From Thermoanaerobaculia bacterium (GTDB lineage Bacteria > Acidobacteriota > Thermoanaerobaculia > Gp7-AA8), in contig DASPHZ010000030.1 of the NCBI GenBank assembly GCA_035629395.1, forward strand, positions 25,440 to 89,439: DNA of 64,000 bases, given 5' to 3'. The notes under the pieces are model-generated. The model was not told where the DNA came from, ran no database searches, and worked only from the letters and a program-made list of their open reading frames with translations. Each line of letters starts with the position of its first letter. The stretch's first letter is position 1. The position numbers were made by a program, and so were the translations under genes. Shown here piece after piece: positions 1 through 9,004 of this stretch.

Positions 1-1
1 C

Positions 2-1990
2 AACATCCATTACGCGGTCACGGAGCTGCTCGAAGGAGAGACGCTGCGCTCGCGCCTTTCGCGCGGGAGGATGCCGTCGCGTGAGGCACTCGCGCTGCTT
101 CTCGAAGTGGCGGACGGCGTTGCCGCGGCGCATGCGCGCGGCATCGTGCATCGCGATCTCAAACCGGAGAACATCTTCATCACGCGCAACGGCCGCGTGA
201 AGGTGCTGGACTTCGGACTGGCGCGCAATGCGAGCGGCGTGTTCGCGCGGCGCGACAGCGAGGCGCTGCTGACCGAGCCGGGAATCGTGATCGGCACGGT
301 CGGCTACATCGCGCCGGAGCAGGTCGAGGCGCGACCGTCCACTGCCGCGACGGACGTCTTCGCGCTCGGCTGCACGCTGTTCGAGATGATCGAAGGGCGC
401 GTGCCTTTCGATCGCGGCGCCTCGAGCGCGCAGGCGATGGTCGCGCTGCTGCACGACCCGGCGCCGCATCTCGCGGAGCCCGACGTCGACGCACTTCTGC
501 AGCGCATGCTGCAGAAAGACCCGGCGGACCGGCCGCGCGATGCGGGCGAGGTGGCGGCGGAGATTCGCGCGATCCTCGGCGGCAGCGGGCGTGTCGCCAC
601 CGTCCGGTTGGCGCCGCAGAAGAAAGCGGGCCGCGCCCTCGTGATCGGATTCGCGGTCGTCATCCTCGCCGCGATGACGTTCGCTTACTTCGCCATCCGC
701 AACAGCGGCCAGCTCGACGACGGCTACGACCTGCGCGCGGGCGACATCCGCGGCGACGCCGAAACGCGGCGCCTCATTCGCTTCGCACTGCGCGCCGACG
801 CGGAAGGGAATCGTCCGAAGGCATTTCAACTCCTCGAGGAGGCCGGCCGCCGCAAAGCGGAGACCGCGTTTCCGCCCGCGTTCCTGGCGAGCTTCTCCGA
901 TGCCGCGGGCAATTTCGAGCGCGGACGGTTCTGGGAGCAGGAAGCGCTGCAGCGTCTCGACGGCGCAACGCCGTACGAGTCGCTCCTCGTGCGCTATCTC
1001 GCGACGCCCAGCGCGCGTCCCGATCAGGAGCTCGCCCTCGCCAAGTCCGCGCTCGACCTGCGTCCGAACGCGTGGCGCCTGCGGCTCGCGGCGGCACACA
1101 TCTACCTCGGCTCCCGCGATCGCGAGGCCGCACGGCGCGAGCTCGTGCAGATCGACATCCGCAAGCCCGACGACCGCCGCCTCATGCTCGTCCTCGCCGA
1201 TCGAGCATCGCTCGGTGACGCGGACGGCGCGGAGCGCGATCTCCAGCGCAGCCGTCTCGCGCACAAACCGGCGCTGTTTCACTACACGGCCGGACGCATC
1301 GCGTGGAGCCGCGGCCAGGTCGCACGCGCGGCCGAGCTTTACGATCGTTCCGCGCAGGATGCGGCGAACGAAGGCATCGGCGGGATCGAGGTCGAAGCGA
1401 ACGAGCTCGCCGGATTGGCGATGCTCCGCCTCGGCAAGTTCGAGGAAGCGCAGCGCCGCTTCGCGCGCACGGCGACGCGTGCTCGCGACATCGGTCACGT
1501 CGCGCGGCAGTTTCAGGCAGTCGTGCTCGGTGCGTACACCGCGCATCGCCTCGGAGATGCCGACGGACGCGACCGCATGTTCGAGGAAGCCGTAAAGTTC
1601 GCGTTGCCCTCCGGCCCCCGCGCCGCGTTGCGACTGCTGGCCATTCGCACGCAGTCGCCCTCGTGGCTGACGTGGACCACCGAGGGCTTGACGACGGAAC
1701 AGTCGACGCTGGTGCGGGCGCGGGAGGCGTGGTTCGCGGGCGACCTCGACCGCGCGCGCCGCGAGCTCCAGCGCGCGCGTGCCGAGGGGATCGACGCGTC
1801 CGAGCTGCGCGAAGAAGCGGAGCTTCTCGCGGCAGAGCTCGGGTTGCCGTACACGCTCTTGCCGCCGGATCCTCCCTATCCGAACGTGCTGCGCTACGTG
1901 GCGATCTTCGACCATCCGTCGGAGCGCCGCCGTTCCGCGCCAGCCCGTACGATGTCCTCGTCAGCGCCGAGCCAACCAGCGGTCCGTTAG
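2..1990 (+). CDS. Ser/Thr protein kinase (5'-partial; catalytic domain start lies upstream of window) with long C-terminal TPR-like helical repeat region
   Basis: Frame continues to position 2 (..YAVTELLEGETLRSRLSRGRM..). Catalytic loop HRDLKPENI and DFGLA are present, and APE is present (YIAPEQ). Followed by a TM segment and ~400 aa of helical repeats. Confidence 0.85.
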   Translation, partial: NIHYAVTELLEGETLRSRLSRGRMPSREALALLLEVADGVAAAHARGIVHRDLKPENIFITRNGRVKVLDFGLARNASGVFARRDSEALLTEPGIVIGTVGYIAPEQVEARPSTAATDVFALGCTLFEMIEGRVPFDRGASSAQAMVALLHDPAPHLAEPDVDALLQRMLQKDPADRPRDAGEVAAEIRAILGGSGRVATVRLAPQKKAGRALVIGFAVVILAAMTFAYFAIRNSGQLDDGYDLRAGDIRGDAETRRLIRFALRADAEGNRPKAFQLLEEAGRRKAETAFPPAFLASFSDAAGNFERGRFWEQEALQRLDGATPYESLLVRYLATPSARPDQELALAKSALDLRPNAWRLRLAAAHIYLGSRDREAARRELVQIDIRKPDDRRLMLVLADRASLGDADGAERDLQRSRLAHKPALFHYTAGRIAWSRGQVARAAELYDRSAQDAANEGIGGIEVEANELAGLAMLRLGKFEEAQRRFARTATRARDIGHVARQFQAVVLGAYTAHRLGDADGRDRMFEEAVKFALPSGPRAALRLLAIRTQSPSWLTWTTEGLTTEQSTLVRAREAWFAGDLDRARRELQRARAEGIDASELREEAELLAAELGLPYTLLPPDPPYPNVLRYVAIFDHPSERRRSAPARTMSSSAPSQPAVR

Positions 1991-2523
1991 CCGTTGATCG
2001 CGATCGGCACCGGCGTCTCCAGGAACACCACCTTCGTCGTCTTCCGGCGGAACACCCGCTTGTACCAGGGCTCCGGCATCGGCTTGCCGCCGTGCTCCAT
2101 CACGAGCTGACCGAGGCGCGTCACGTCCGCCTTGTTCATGCGAATGCAGCCGTGCGATTCCGCCTTGCCGAGCGAGTCGTCATCCCCCGTCCCGTGGATG
2201 TAATAGTCCGGTTCCTTGAAGAACATCTTCACGACCTTCATCGGATTTTCCGGATCTCCCGGTGACTTGGCGGACTTGCCGCGAGCCCACTTCGAAGCGG
2301 GCGGATTCCACGACGGATTCCAGATCACCTTCTTGATCGTGAACTCCCCTTCGGGAGTCGGATAGCTGTCTTTTCCGATCGCGACCGGGAACCGCTCGAC
2401 CACCTCACCATCGACCATGACCGCCAGTTCGCGATCCGAAAGGTCGACCTCCAGACGGAGCTCCGCTGCTGCCGGCAGACTCCACAAAATGCACGTAAGT
2501 GTCAGAAAAAGAAGCCGTTTCAC
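1987..2523 (-). CDS. L,D-transpeptidase (YkuD domain), secreted
   Basis: N-terminal signal peptide; catalytic motif YYIHGT...SHGCIRM typical of YkuD/ErfK L,D-transpeptidases. 4-nt convergent overlap with the kinase gene. Confidence 0.8.
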   Translation of the reverse strand: MKRLLFLTLTCILWSLPAAAELRLEVDLSDRELAVMVDGEVVERFPVAIGKDSYPTPEGEFTIKKVIWNPSWNPPASKWARGKSAKSPGDPENPMKVVKMFFKEPDYYIHGTGDDDSLGKAESHGCIRMNKADVTRLGQLVMEHGGKPMPEPWYKRVFRRKTTKVVFLETPVPIAING

Positions 2524-2615
2524 GCTTCCTCACTACTGCAAGCGAGGTTCCATGAATGGGGACTTGCGGGCTGCCCTATTGACGAAACGGAGTCAAGGCG
2601 GCATGATGCGCCGCA

Positions 2616-2632
2616 TTGAGACGCTGTCTCAA
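2616..2632. promoter_or_regulatory. Perfect 7-3-7 palindrome TTGAGAC-GCT-GTCTCAA about 25 nt upstream of bfd start; candidate iron-regulator operator
   Basis: Read directly; near-identical palindrome TTGAGACG-C-CGTCTCA sits upstream of fur at 48875-48890. Confidence 0.45.
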
Positions 2633-2655
2633 ATGCCATCGAAGGACGACGAAGC

Positions 2656-2886
2656 GTGATCATCTGTATCTGCCGCGGCAAAAACGAACGCGACATCGCA
2701 AAAGCGATCGACAACGGCGCGACCACGGTCCGCGACCTGCAGCGCTGCGGCATCGGCAACCAGTGCGGCTCCTGCCACGTCACGCTGCGCGCCATGCTGG
2801 CTGAGTCCGTTGCCGCGCGATCCGCCGCCCAGCCCTGCCCCGCGTGCCCCACGCCGGACGCCGTTCCCGCTGCCGCGATGGCGTGA
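2656..2886 (+). CDS. bfd: Bacterioferritin-associated ferredoxin (Bfd, 2Fe-2S)
   Basis: MIICICRGKNERDI...VRDLQRCGIGNQCGSCH, the classic Bfd four-Cys motif; immediately upstream of bfr. Confidence 0.85.
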   Translation: MIICICRGKNERDIAKAIDNGATTVRDLQRCGIGNQCGSCHVTLRAMLAESVAARSAAQPCPACPTPDAVPAAAMA

Positions 2887-2900
2887 TACCCTCCGCGCCC

Positions 2901-3380
2901 ATGAAGGGCGACGCACGCATCATCGAGATCCTGAACGATGTCCTGACGGCGGAACTGACCGCCATCAACCAATACTTCGTGCATGGCGAAATGTGCGAGA
3001 ACTGGGGCTACGACCGGCTCCATCACATCATCCGCAAGCACTCCATCGGCGAGATGAAACATGCCGAGGAAGTCATCGAGCGGGTGCTGTTCCTCGAGGG
3101 CGTTCCCAACCTCCAGCGCCTCGGCAAGATCACCATCGGCGAGAACGTGCAGGAGATCTTCAAGGCCGATTACGCGCTCGAGCTCGAAGCGCTGCCGCGC
3201 CTCAACCAGGGCATCGAGCTCTGCCGCGAGCTCGGCGACAACAACACCCGCCACCTCCTCGAGGAAATCCTCCACGACGAAGAAGACCACGTCGACTGGA
3301 TCGAGGCGCAGGTCGGCCTCATCGAGCAGGTGGGCATCCAGAACTACCTCGCCCAGCAGATCAACAAAAACGAGAGCTAA
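2901..3380 (+). CDS. bfr: Bacterioferritin
   Basis: MKGDARIIEILNDVLTAELTAINQYFVHGEMCENWGY...EDHVDWIEAQ; ferritin-like di-iron ligands and heme-binding Met present. True ATG at 2901 (the ORF-track start at 2844 is a spurious upstream extension). Confidence 0.9.
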   Translation: MKGDARIIEILNDVLTAELTAINQYFVHGEMCENWGYDRLHHIIRKHSIGEMKHAEEVIERVLFLEGVPNLQRLGKITIGENVQEIFKADYALELEALPRLNQGIELCRELGDNNTRHLLEEILHDEEDHVDWIEAQVGLIEQVGIQNYLAQQINKNES

Positions 3381-3383
3381 CCT

Positions 3384-4946
3384 CTGCTCTTCCTGACGAA
3401 CGGAACGATCTGGACCGGCGACGGTTTCGCGCGCAGCGTGACCGTCGAAGGAAACCGGATATCCGCCGTCGACTGCGAAGCGCCCCACGGCGCAACCACC
3501 ATCGATCTGCGCGGCCGCCTCGCCGTCCCCGGCTTCATCGACAACCACGTCCACTTCATCGCCGGCTGCCTGCAGCTCTCCCGCGTCGATCTGCGCGCGG
3601 CGACGTCGCCGGACGATCTCGCGCAGCGCATCGCGAAACACGCCGCGTCGCTGCAGCGCGATCCATGGATCCTCGGCGGGGAATGGGACGAACAGCAGTG
3701 GACGCCCGTCGCACTGCCCACGCGCGCGCACGTCGACGCGATCGAGAACCCGGTCTTCGTCACGCGCATGGACATGCACATGGCGCTCGCGAACTCGCGC
3801 GCGCTGCAGCTCGCGGGCATCGACCGCAACACGCCCGATCCTCCGGGCGGCGCGATCGTGCGCGACGCGAACGGCGAGCCGACGGGCGTCCTCAAAGACA
3901 CCGCCATGAGCATCCTGCTCGCGGTCGTGCCGCCGCCGAGCGTCGAGGATCGCATCGCCGCCGCACGCGCGGGACTCGCGCTCGCGGCGAGCGTCGGCGT
4001 CACGTCGTTCTGCGACATGGGCATGCGTCCCGACGCGTTCGAGGACTTTCGTGCGTACCAGCGCCTCGATCGCGAAGGCGCGCTCACCGCGCGGGTCGCG
4101 CTCTACACGCCGATCAACCTGTACGAGCGCGTGCGCGACAGCGGCGTCGAGAAACGCTTCGGCAGCGAGCGTCTACGCATCGGCGGGCTCAAAGGCTTTT
4201 CCGACGGCTCCCTCGGCTCGTCGACCGCCGCCTTCTTCGAGCCGTACGAAGACGACTGCTCGCACTGCGGTCTGGTCATGGGCGAGATGGTCGACGGCTC
4301 GATGAAAGAACGCATCCTCGACGCGAACGCGCACGAAATGCAGCTCGCCATCCACGCCATCGGCGATCGCGCGAACGCGGACGTGCTCTCGATCTTCGAG
4401 TCGATCCCGGATCATCGGGAGCGCCGCTTCCGCGTCGAGCACGCGCAGCATCTCAATCCCGAGCTCGTGCAGCGCTTCGCGAAAGGCCGCTTCGTCGCGT
4501 CGATGCAGCCGCATCACGCCATCGACGACGGACGCTGGGCCGAGAAGAAGATCGGACCCGAGCGCGCAAAGTACACGTACGCGATCCGCTCGCTGCTCGA
4601 TGCCGGCGCGATCGTGACGTTCGGCTCAGACTGGACCGTCGCGCCGCTCAATCCCTTGCACACGATCTACGCGGCCGTCACGCGACGCACGCTCGACGGC
4701 AAGCACCCCGATGGCTGGATCCCCGAGCAGCGCATCACCGTGGAAGAAGCGCTGCGCTGCCACACCGTCAACAACGCCTGGGCCACGTTCGCGGAAAACG
4801 ACCACGGTCGCATCGCACCGGGCCTGCTGGCGGACATCGCCGTCCTGTCCGAAGACCTCTTCACCATCGCGCCGGAAACGATCCGGGATGTGCGGGTGGA
4901 TCTGACGATCTTCGATGGGCGAGTGGTGTACGAGGGGAGCTGTTGA
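3384..4946 (+). CDS. Amidohydrolase-family metal-dependent hydrolase (Amidohydro_3-like); start codon uncertain (CTG 3384 or GTG 3438)
   Basis: LTNGTIWTGDG...VPGFIDNHVHF...HAIGDRA...FGSDW motifs of the amidohydrolase superfamily. In the same frame as bfr, separated only by its TAA; no ATG before 3438. Confidence 0.75.
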   Translation: MLFLTNGTIWTGDGFARSVTVEGNRISAVDCEAPHGATTIDLRGRLAVPGFIDNHVHFIAGCLQLSRVDLRAATSPDDLAQRIAKHAASLQRDPWILGGEWDEQQWTPVALPTRAHVDAIENPVFVTRMDMHMALANSRALQLAGIDRNTPDPPGGAIVRDANGEPTGVLKDTAMSILLAVVPPPSVEDRIAAARAGLALAASVGVTSFCDMGMRPDAFEDFRAYQRLDREGALTARVALYTPINLYERVRDSGVEKRFGSERLRIGGLKGFSDGSLGSSTAAFFEPYEDDCSHCGLVMGEMVDGSMKERILDANAHEMQLAIHAIGDRANADVLSIFESIPDHRERRFRVEHAQHLNPELVQRFAKGRFVASMQPHHAIDDGRWAEKKIGPERAKYTYAIRSLLDAGAIVTFGSDWTVAPLNPLHTIYAAVTRRTLDGKHPDGWIPEQRITVEEALRCHTVNNAWATFAENDHGRIAPGLLADIAVLSEDLFTIAPETIRDVRVDLTIFDGRVVYEGSC

Positions 4947-5082
4947 GGGAGCTGTTGAGCTGTTGAGCCGTTGAGCTGTTGAGGCGGCATCTCGCAAGCT
5001 CAATAGCTCAATAGCTCAATAGCTCAATGGCTCAATAGCTCAATAGCTCAACGGCTCCCTCAACAGCTCCCTCAACAGCTCC
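4937..5082. repeat. Hairpin repeat element, (CTGTTGAG)n left arm / (CTCAATAG)n right arm, spanning exactly between the stop codons of two convergent genes
   Basis: ggagctgttgagggagctgttgagctgttgagccgttgagctgttgag-gcggcatctcgcaagc-tcaatagctcaatagctcaatagctcaatggctcaatagctcaatagctcaacggctccctcaacagctccctcaacagctcc. The stop TGA of the amidohydrolase lies inside the first unit. Confidence 0.85.
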
Positions 5083-5645
5083 TACCCTCCGGCAATCACG
5101 TCCAGCTCGTCCACGATCTCGTTGAGCGTGTGGTAACGCAGCTCGTCCGGGTTCGCGATCAATTCGTCGAGCGACGGCGTCTCGAATCCTGCGGCGGCGA
5201 GCTGACGCACGAGCGGGATGGCCTGCTCGCGCAACTCTTCCGGCGGATGCGGCAGCGGCCCGGGCTCCGTGCCTTCGGCGCGGAACTGCGCGCGTTCCAT
5301 CGCCCGTGCGCGCGCTTTCAGCTTCGTCTGCAGATCGCGGATCGTGCCGATGATCTCGTTCGGCAGCGCGGTCGCGTTGCGCAACGCGGCCGCGTCGTTC
5401 TGCAGCAGCGCGACGGCCGTGAAGACGGAGTCCGGCGCGCCCGCATCGTCGATCGCGGCGACGAGATCGTTCAGCGCGAACTCGATGTCGTTCACGCGCG
5501 CGGCATTCACGCCGTTCGTCTTCGCGGCGCTGACCGCATTCGCCAGCACGTCCGCGCTGATGCGGATCGCCAGCAGCGAGGGATCGTCGCCGAGCGCGGC
5601 GCGCAACTGAAACAGCGCCGCCTCCATCATCAGCAGCTCACTCAT
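5082..5645 (-). CDS. Hypothetical all-alpha protein, translationally coupled (ATGA overlap) downstream of SPFH gene
   Basis: Consistent GC3 bias; no recognisable motif. Confidence 0.55.
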   Translation of the reverse strand: MSELLMMEAALFQLRAALGDDPSLLAIRISADVLANAVSAAKTNGVNAARVNDIEFALNDLVAAIDDAGAPDSVFTAVALLQNDAAALRNATALPNEIIGTIRDLQTKLKARARAMERAQFRAEGTEPGPLPHPPEELREQAIPLVRQLAAAGFETPSLDELIANPDELRYHTLNEIVDELDVIAGG

Positions 5646-6388
5646 TTCCGCGCACGCTCCGCGAGTCCCGCCAGGATGTCGACCGGCAGCGGAAAGACGA
5701 TGGTCGTGTTCTTCTCGACGCCGATCTCGGTCAGCGTCTGCAGGTAGCGCAACTGGATCGTGGCCGGTTCGGTGGCGAGGATCTTCGCCGCATCCGCCAG
5801 TCGCTGCGAAGCCGCAAACTCGCCCTCGGCGTGAATGAGCTTCGCGCGCTTCTCACGCTCCGCCTCTGCCTGTTTCGCCATTGCGCGCAGCATCGACTCC
5901 GGGAGATCGACCTGCTTCACCTCGACGTTCACGACCTTCACGCCCCACGGCTCGGTGTGCTGGTCGAGGATCGACTGGATGCGATTGTTGAGCTGCTCGC
6001 GGTGCGCGAGGAGATCGTCCAGCTCCACTTCGCCGAGGACGGAGCGGAGCGTGGTCTGCGCGAACTGCGACGTCTGATAGCGGTAATCGTAGACCTCGAC
6101 GACGGCGCGCCGCGGCTCGATCACGCGCAGGAACACGACCGCGTTCACCTTCAGCGTGACGTTGTCGCGCGTGATGATGTCCTGCGGCGGCACCTCGAAC
6201 GCCTCCTGCCGCAGCGACACGCGCACCATGCGGTCGATGGGCGCGAAGACGAGAAAGATGCCCGGCCCTTTCGCTTCGGGCAGCAGCCGTCCGAGGCGGA
6301 AGATGACGCCGCGCTCGTACTCGGGCAGGATCTTGATCGAGCTGAGAAAGTACAGCGCGACGATGACCGCGATGATGATGGGGATCAT
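5642..6388 (-). CDS. SPFH/band-7 (stomatin/prohibitin-family) membrane protein
   Basis: N-terminal TM ([15 protein letters not shown]), SPFH core (GVIFRLGRL...[18 protein letters not shown]) and C-terminal coiled coil. Confidence 0.85.
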   Translation of the reverse strand: MIPIIIAVIVALYFLSSIKILPEYERGVIFRLGRLLPEAKGPGIFLVFAPIDRMVRVSLRQEAFEVPPQDIITRDNVTLKVNAVVFLRVIEPRRAVVEVYDYRYQTSQFAQTTLRSVLGEVELDDLLAHREQLNNRIQSILDQHTEPWGVKVVNVEVKQVDLPESMLRAMAKQAEAEREKRAKLIHAEGEFAASQRLADAAKILATEPATIQLRYLQTLTEIGVEKNTTIVFPLPVDILAGLAERARK

Positions 6389-6421
6389 GAGGACCTCCGG
6401 ACCGCGGTGATTGTACGCTGC

Positions 6422-6616
6422 CTACTTCGCGCGAGCGGCCGGCGTTGCGTTCTCGAAGTACACGACGACGTCGAACGCCCGCGCCAGTGGCAGCATCAGG
6501 TGTCCGGCCTGGAAGCGCATCGGACGCCCCTCCGACAGCCACGCGCTCATCTCCCCGCGAAGCGACAGCAGAAACGGCGCCTTCCCGACTGTCGCCAGCA
6601 CAGCGTCGAAGCGCAT
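6422..6616 (-). CDS. Possible small hypothetical ORF (64 aa) upstream of SPFH gene
   Basis: High GC3 in frame (MRFDAVLATVGKAPFLL...); no recognisable domain and not NfeD-like. Confidence 0.25.
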   Translation of the reverse strand: MRFDAVLATVGKAPFLLSLRGEMSAWLSEGRPMRFQAGHLMLPLARAFDVVVYFENATPAARAK

Positions 6617-6737
6617 GCCCGATCCCGGAAAACTCCCGGGCGGCAGAGCCGTGCCCTGGACCGGCGCGCGCTGCACGTGCGCGATTGCGATCCGAAACAC
6701 GTAGCCAGTTACGCGGCGCCCACCGCACGGTCGCGTG

Positions 6738-8099
6738 TCATTTGCGACGGCGCGGTTTCGGTTGTGTGGGCGTTTCGACACTCCCCAGAGCTTCGGCGAT
6801 CTGCGCGGGAACGTTCGCGCGCATCGTGTCGATGTGGCGGAACTTGATGCCGCCGTCGAAGCGCCATTCGTGTTGCGGGCGATACACGCCGATGTCGTGC
6901 ACGCGCGAGCCGACGACGATGCGGATCACGTTGCGGCGATAGTCGAATGCGCGGCCGTTGCGCGTGTGCACGGCGACGTCGATGCGATACGTCCCCGCGA
7001 CGAGATCGAGCGACGCGACGACGAAGCGCACGCGCGACGTGCCTTCGATGCGCTCGGCCGCGAAGCCTTCGACGTCCGTGTTCGTGCCGTACACGCACGT
7101 GCCGTCGGCGTGGTAGATGCCGAGGCCGAAGACGAAGTCGTCCTGCGGGACGCGAACTTCCACGTCGACGTCCACGACGACAGGCGTGCCGGCGCCGAGG
7201 GCGACGAGCTCGCGGCCGTCGTGATCGGTGAGCGAGACGCGCTTGATGAGGATCTCGCCGGAGCCCCAGCGTTCTTCGTCGTGGTCGGATTTTTTCGGCT
7301 CTTCCGGGGCCGCCGGTGCGGACGCCGCCGGATCCGCCGGCGAGGGCGCCGGCGTGCCGCTGACTTCCTGCAGGTACGCGTCGACCACGCGAAGCGGGTC
7401 GCCGATCGCTTCGACCTGGCCGTGGTCGAGCCACAACGCGCGGTCGCAGAGGTTGCGCACCTGGTCGAGCTGGTGCGTGACGAAGAGGAGCGTTACGCCG
7501 CGGTACTTCATCTCCTGAATCTTCGCGATGCATCTCGCGGAGAACTCTTCGTCGCCGACGGCGAGCACTTCGTCGATCAACAGCACGTCCGGATCGACGT
7601 GCACGGCGACCGCGAATCCGAGGCGCACGTACATCCCCGAGGAGTACGTCTTCACCGGCTGGTCGAGAAAATCGGCGATCCCGGAGAACTCCACGATGCG
7701 ATCGAAGCGCTGGTCGATCTCGCGCCGCGAGAGCCCCAGCATGATCCCGTTGATGTAGATGTTCTCGCGGCCGGTGATCTCCGGATGAAAGCCCGCGCCC
7801 AGCTCGATCAGCGCGGCGATGCGACCGTTCACGACGACTTTGCCGCGCGTCGGTTTGAGGATCCCGGAGACGAGCTTGAGCAGCGTCGACTTGCCCGAGC
7901 CGTTGCGTCCGATCACGCCGAACGCTTCACCGCGGTCGACGGCGAACGACACGTTCTTCAAGGCAGCAACCGCGGCGTCGGGAGCGAGCTTCAGCTCGCG
8001 CTTGAGCAACGCGCTCTTGAGCGTCGCGAACTGCGAGCTGCGTCCCCACAGGCGATAGTCCTTGGAAACGTTCTCGAGCGAGATCGAAAAGTCAGGCAC
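6738..8099 (-). CDS. ABC transporter ATP-binding protein, polysaccharide/O-antigen export type (Wzt/TagH-like) with C-terminal extension domain
   Basis: Walker A GRNGSGKST, signature SSGMYVRLGF, Walker B LLIDEVLAVGD, H-loop THQ; about 180-aa C-terminal domain as in Wzt carbohydrate-binding domains. Confidence 0.85.
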   Translation of the reverse strand: MPDFSISLENVSKDYRLWGRSSQFATLKSALLKRELKLAPDAAVAALKNVSFAVDRGEAFGVIGRNGSGKSTLLKLVSGILKPTRGKVVVNGRIAALIELGAGFHPEITGRENIYINGIMLGLSRREIDQRFDRIVEFSGIADFLDQPVKTYSSGMYVRLGFAVAVHVDPDVLLIDEVLAVGDEEFSARCIAKIQEMKYRGVTLLFVTHQLDQVRNLCDRALWLDHGQVEAIGDPLRVVDAYLQEVSGTPAPSPADPAASAPAAPEEPKKSDHDEERWGSGEILIKRVSLTDHDGRELVALGAGTPVVVDVDVEVRVPQDDFVFGLGIYHADGTCVYGTNTDVEGFAAERIEGTSRVRFVVASLDLVAGTYRIDVAVHTRNGRAFDYRRNVIRIVVGSRVHDIGVYRPQHEWRFDGGIKFRHIDTMRANVPAQIAEALGSVETPTQPKPRRRK

Positions 8100-8142
8100 G
8101 TGTCGCGGATTGTAATCGCGTCGCGGAGATGGAGCTGCGGCG

Positions 8143-8934
8143 CTAGATCGCTTCGGCCAGCGTGTCGCGCAGGCGATCGAACACGAACATCCCGGCGATG
8201 ATCGACGTCCCCGCGTACGCGATCATCAGCAGCGTGTCCGAGAGGTTCGGCAGGCGTCCGAAGAAGAAGATGTCCTGATAGGCGATGACGAACGGCGTCA
8301 TCGGATTGAGGCGCAGCATCGCGCGCAGACCGCGCGATTCGATGCGCTCGACGAGATACAGGATCGGCGTGACGAAGAACCCGAGCTGCAGCAGGTTCGC
8401 CACGATGTCGCGCAGGTCGCGGAACAGCACCGACGCGGACGAAACGATCATCGCGATCCCCGCGACGAAGATCGCCTGCAGCAGCATGACCGCCGGCGCG
8501 AGGACGATCGTCCAGTTCGGATCGAAGCTGCCCATGAGCGTGAAGCCGAGGATCGCGGCGAGCATGATCGGGATCGCCGCTAGAAAGTGCACGAGGTGCG
8601 AGAGCACGACCACCAGAGGCAACGCCTCCGCCGGAAACATCACCTTCTTGATCAGGCCCGCGTTCGAGGAGATCGACGCCGTCGACTCGAGCACCGCCGC
8701 GGCGAAGAACGTCCACGGCAGGATGCCGGCGAAGAGAAACAGCGGGTACGGCTGCACGACCTGCTGCGGGAAAAACTTCGTGAAGACGAGGGTGTAGACC
8801 GCGAGCAGCAGCAGCGGATTGGCGAGCGACCAGAAGAAGCCGAGGATCGAGCCGCGGTAACGCGCCTTGAGGTCTCGCGCGGTCAGGGCCGCGATGAGTT
8901 GCCTGTGCCGGTAGAGATTGGAGAGCTCGGCCAT
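8143..8934 (-). CDS. ABC-2 type transporter permease (Wzm/TagG-like)
   Basis: Six TM segments, ABC-2 permease signature; start at MAELSN (ATG 8934) immediately upstream of the ATPase gene. Confidence 0.8.
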   Translation of the reverse strand: MAELSNLYRHRQLIAALTARDLKARYRGSILGFFWSLANPLLLLAVYTLVFTKFFPQQVVQPYPLFLFAGILPWTFFAAAVLESTASISSNAGLIKKVMFPAEALPLVVVLSHLVHFLAAIPIMLAAILGFTLMGSFDPNWTIVLAPAVMLLQAIFVAGIAMIVSSASVLFRDLRDIVANLLQLGFFVTPILYLVERIESRGLRAMLRLNPMTPFVIAYQDIFFFGRLPNLSDTLLMIAYAGTSIIAGMFVFDRLRDTLAEAI

Positions 8935-9000
8935 GGTTGTCGGTTGTCCGTCGTCGGTTGTCTGTGATGCAGCGGCCGGCACAGACATCAGACGGCGGAC
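8935..9000. repeat. Imperfect hairpin repeat with (GGTTGTC)n-type left arm between permease start and FHA gene stop
   Basis: ggttgtcggttgtccgtcgtcggttgtctgtgatgcagcggccggcacagacatcagacggcggacgacatc. Confidence 0.6.
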
Positions 9001-9004
9001 GACA

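Noticed and set aside
2520-4966. Long ORFs 2520-3779 (-), 2810-4966 (+), 3377-4087 (-)
   Set aside because: Antisense or out-of-frame to the well-supported bfd/bfr/amidohydrolase genes. Arg/Pro/Ala-rich low-complexity translations typical of GC-rich non-coding frames.
4937-5082. CRISPR array hypothesis for the tandem-repeat regions (also 48930-49056, 62298-62760)
   Set aside because: Units are 7-9 nt without unique spacers, or about 130 bp without spacer/repeat alternation; the two arms are mutually reverse-complementary; no cas genes.
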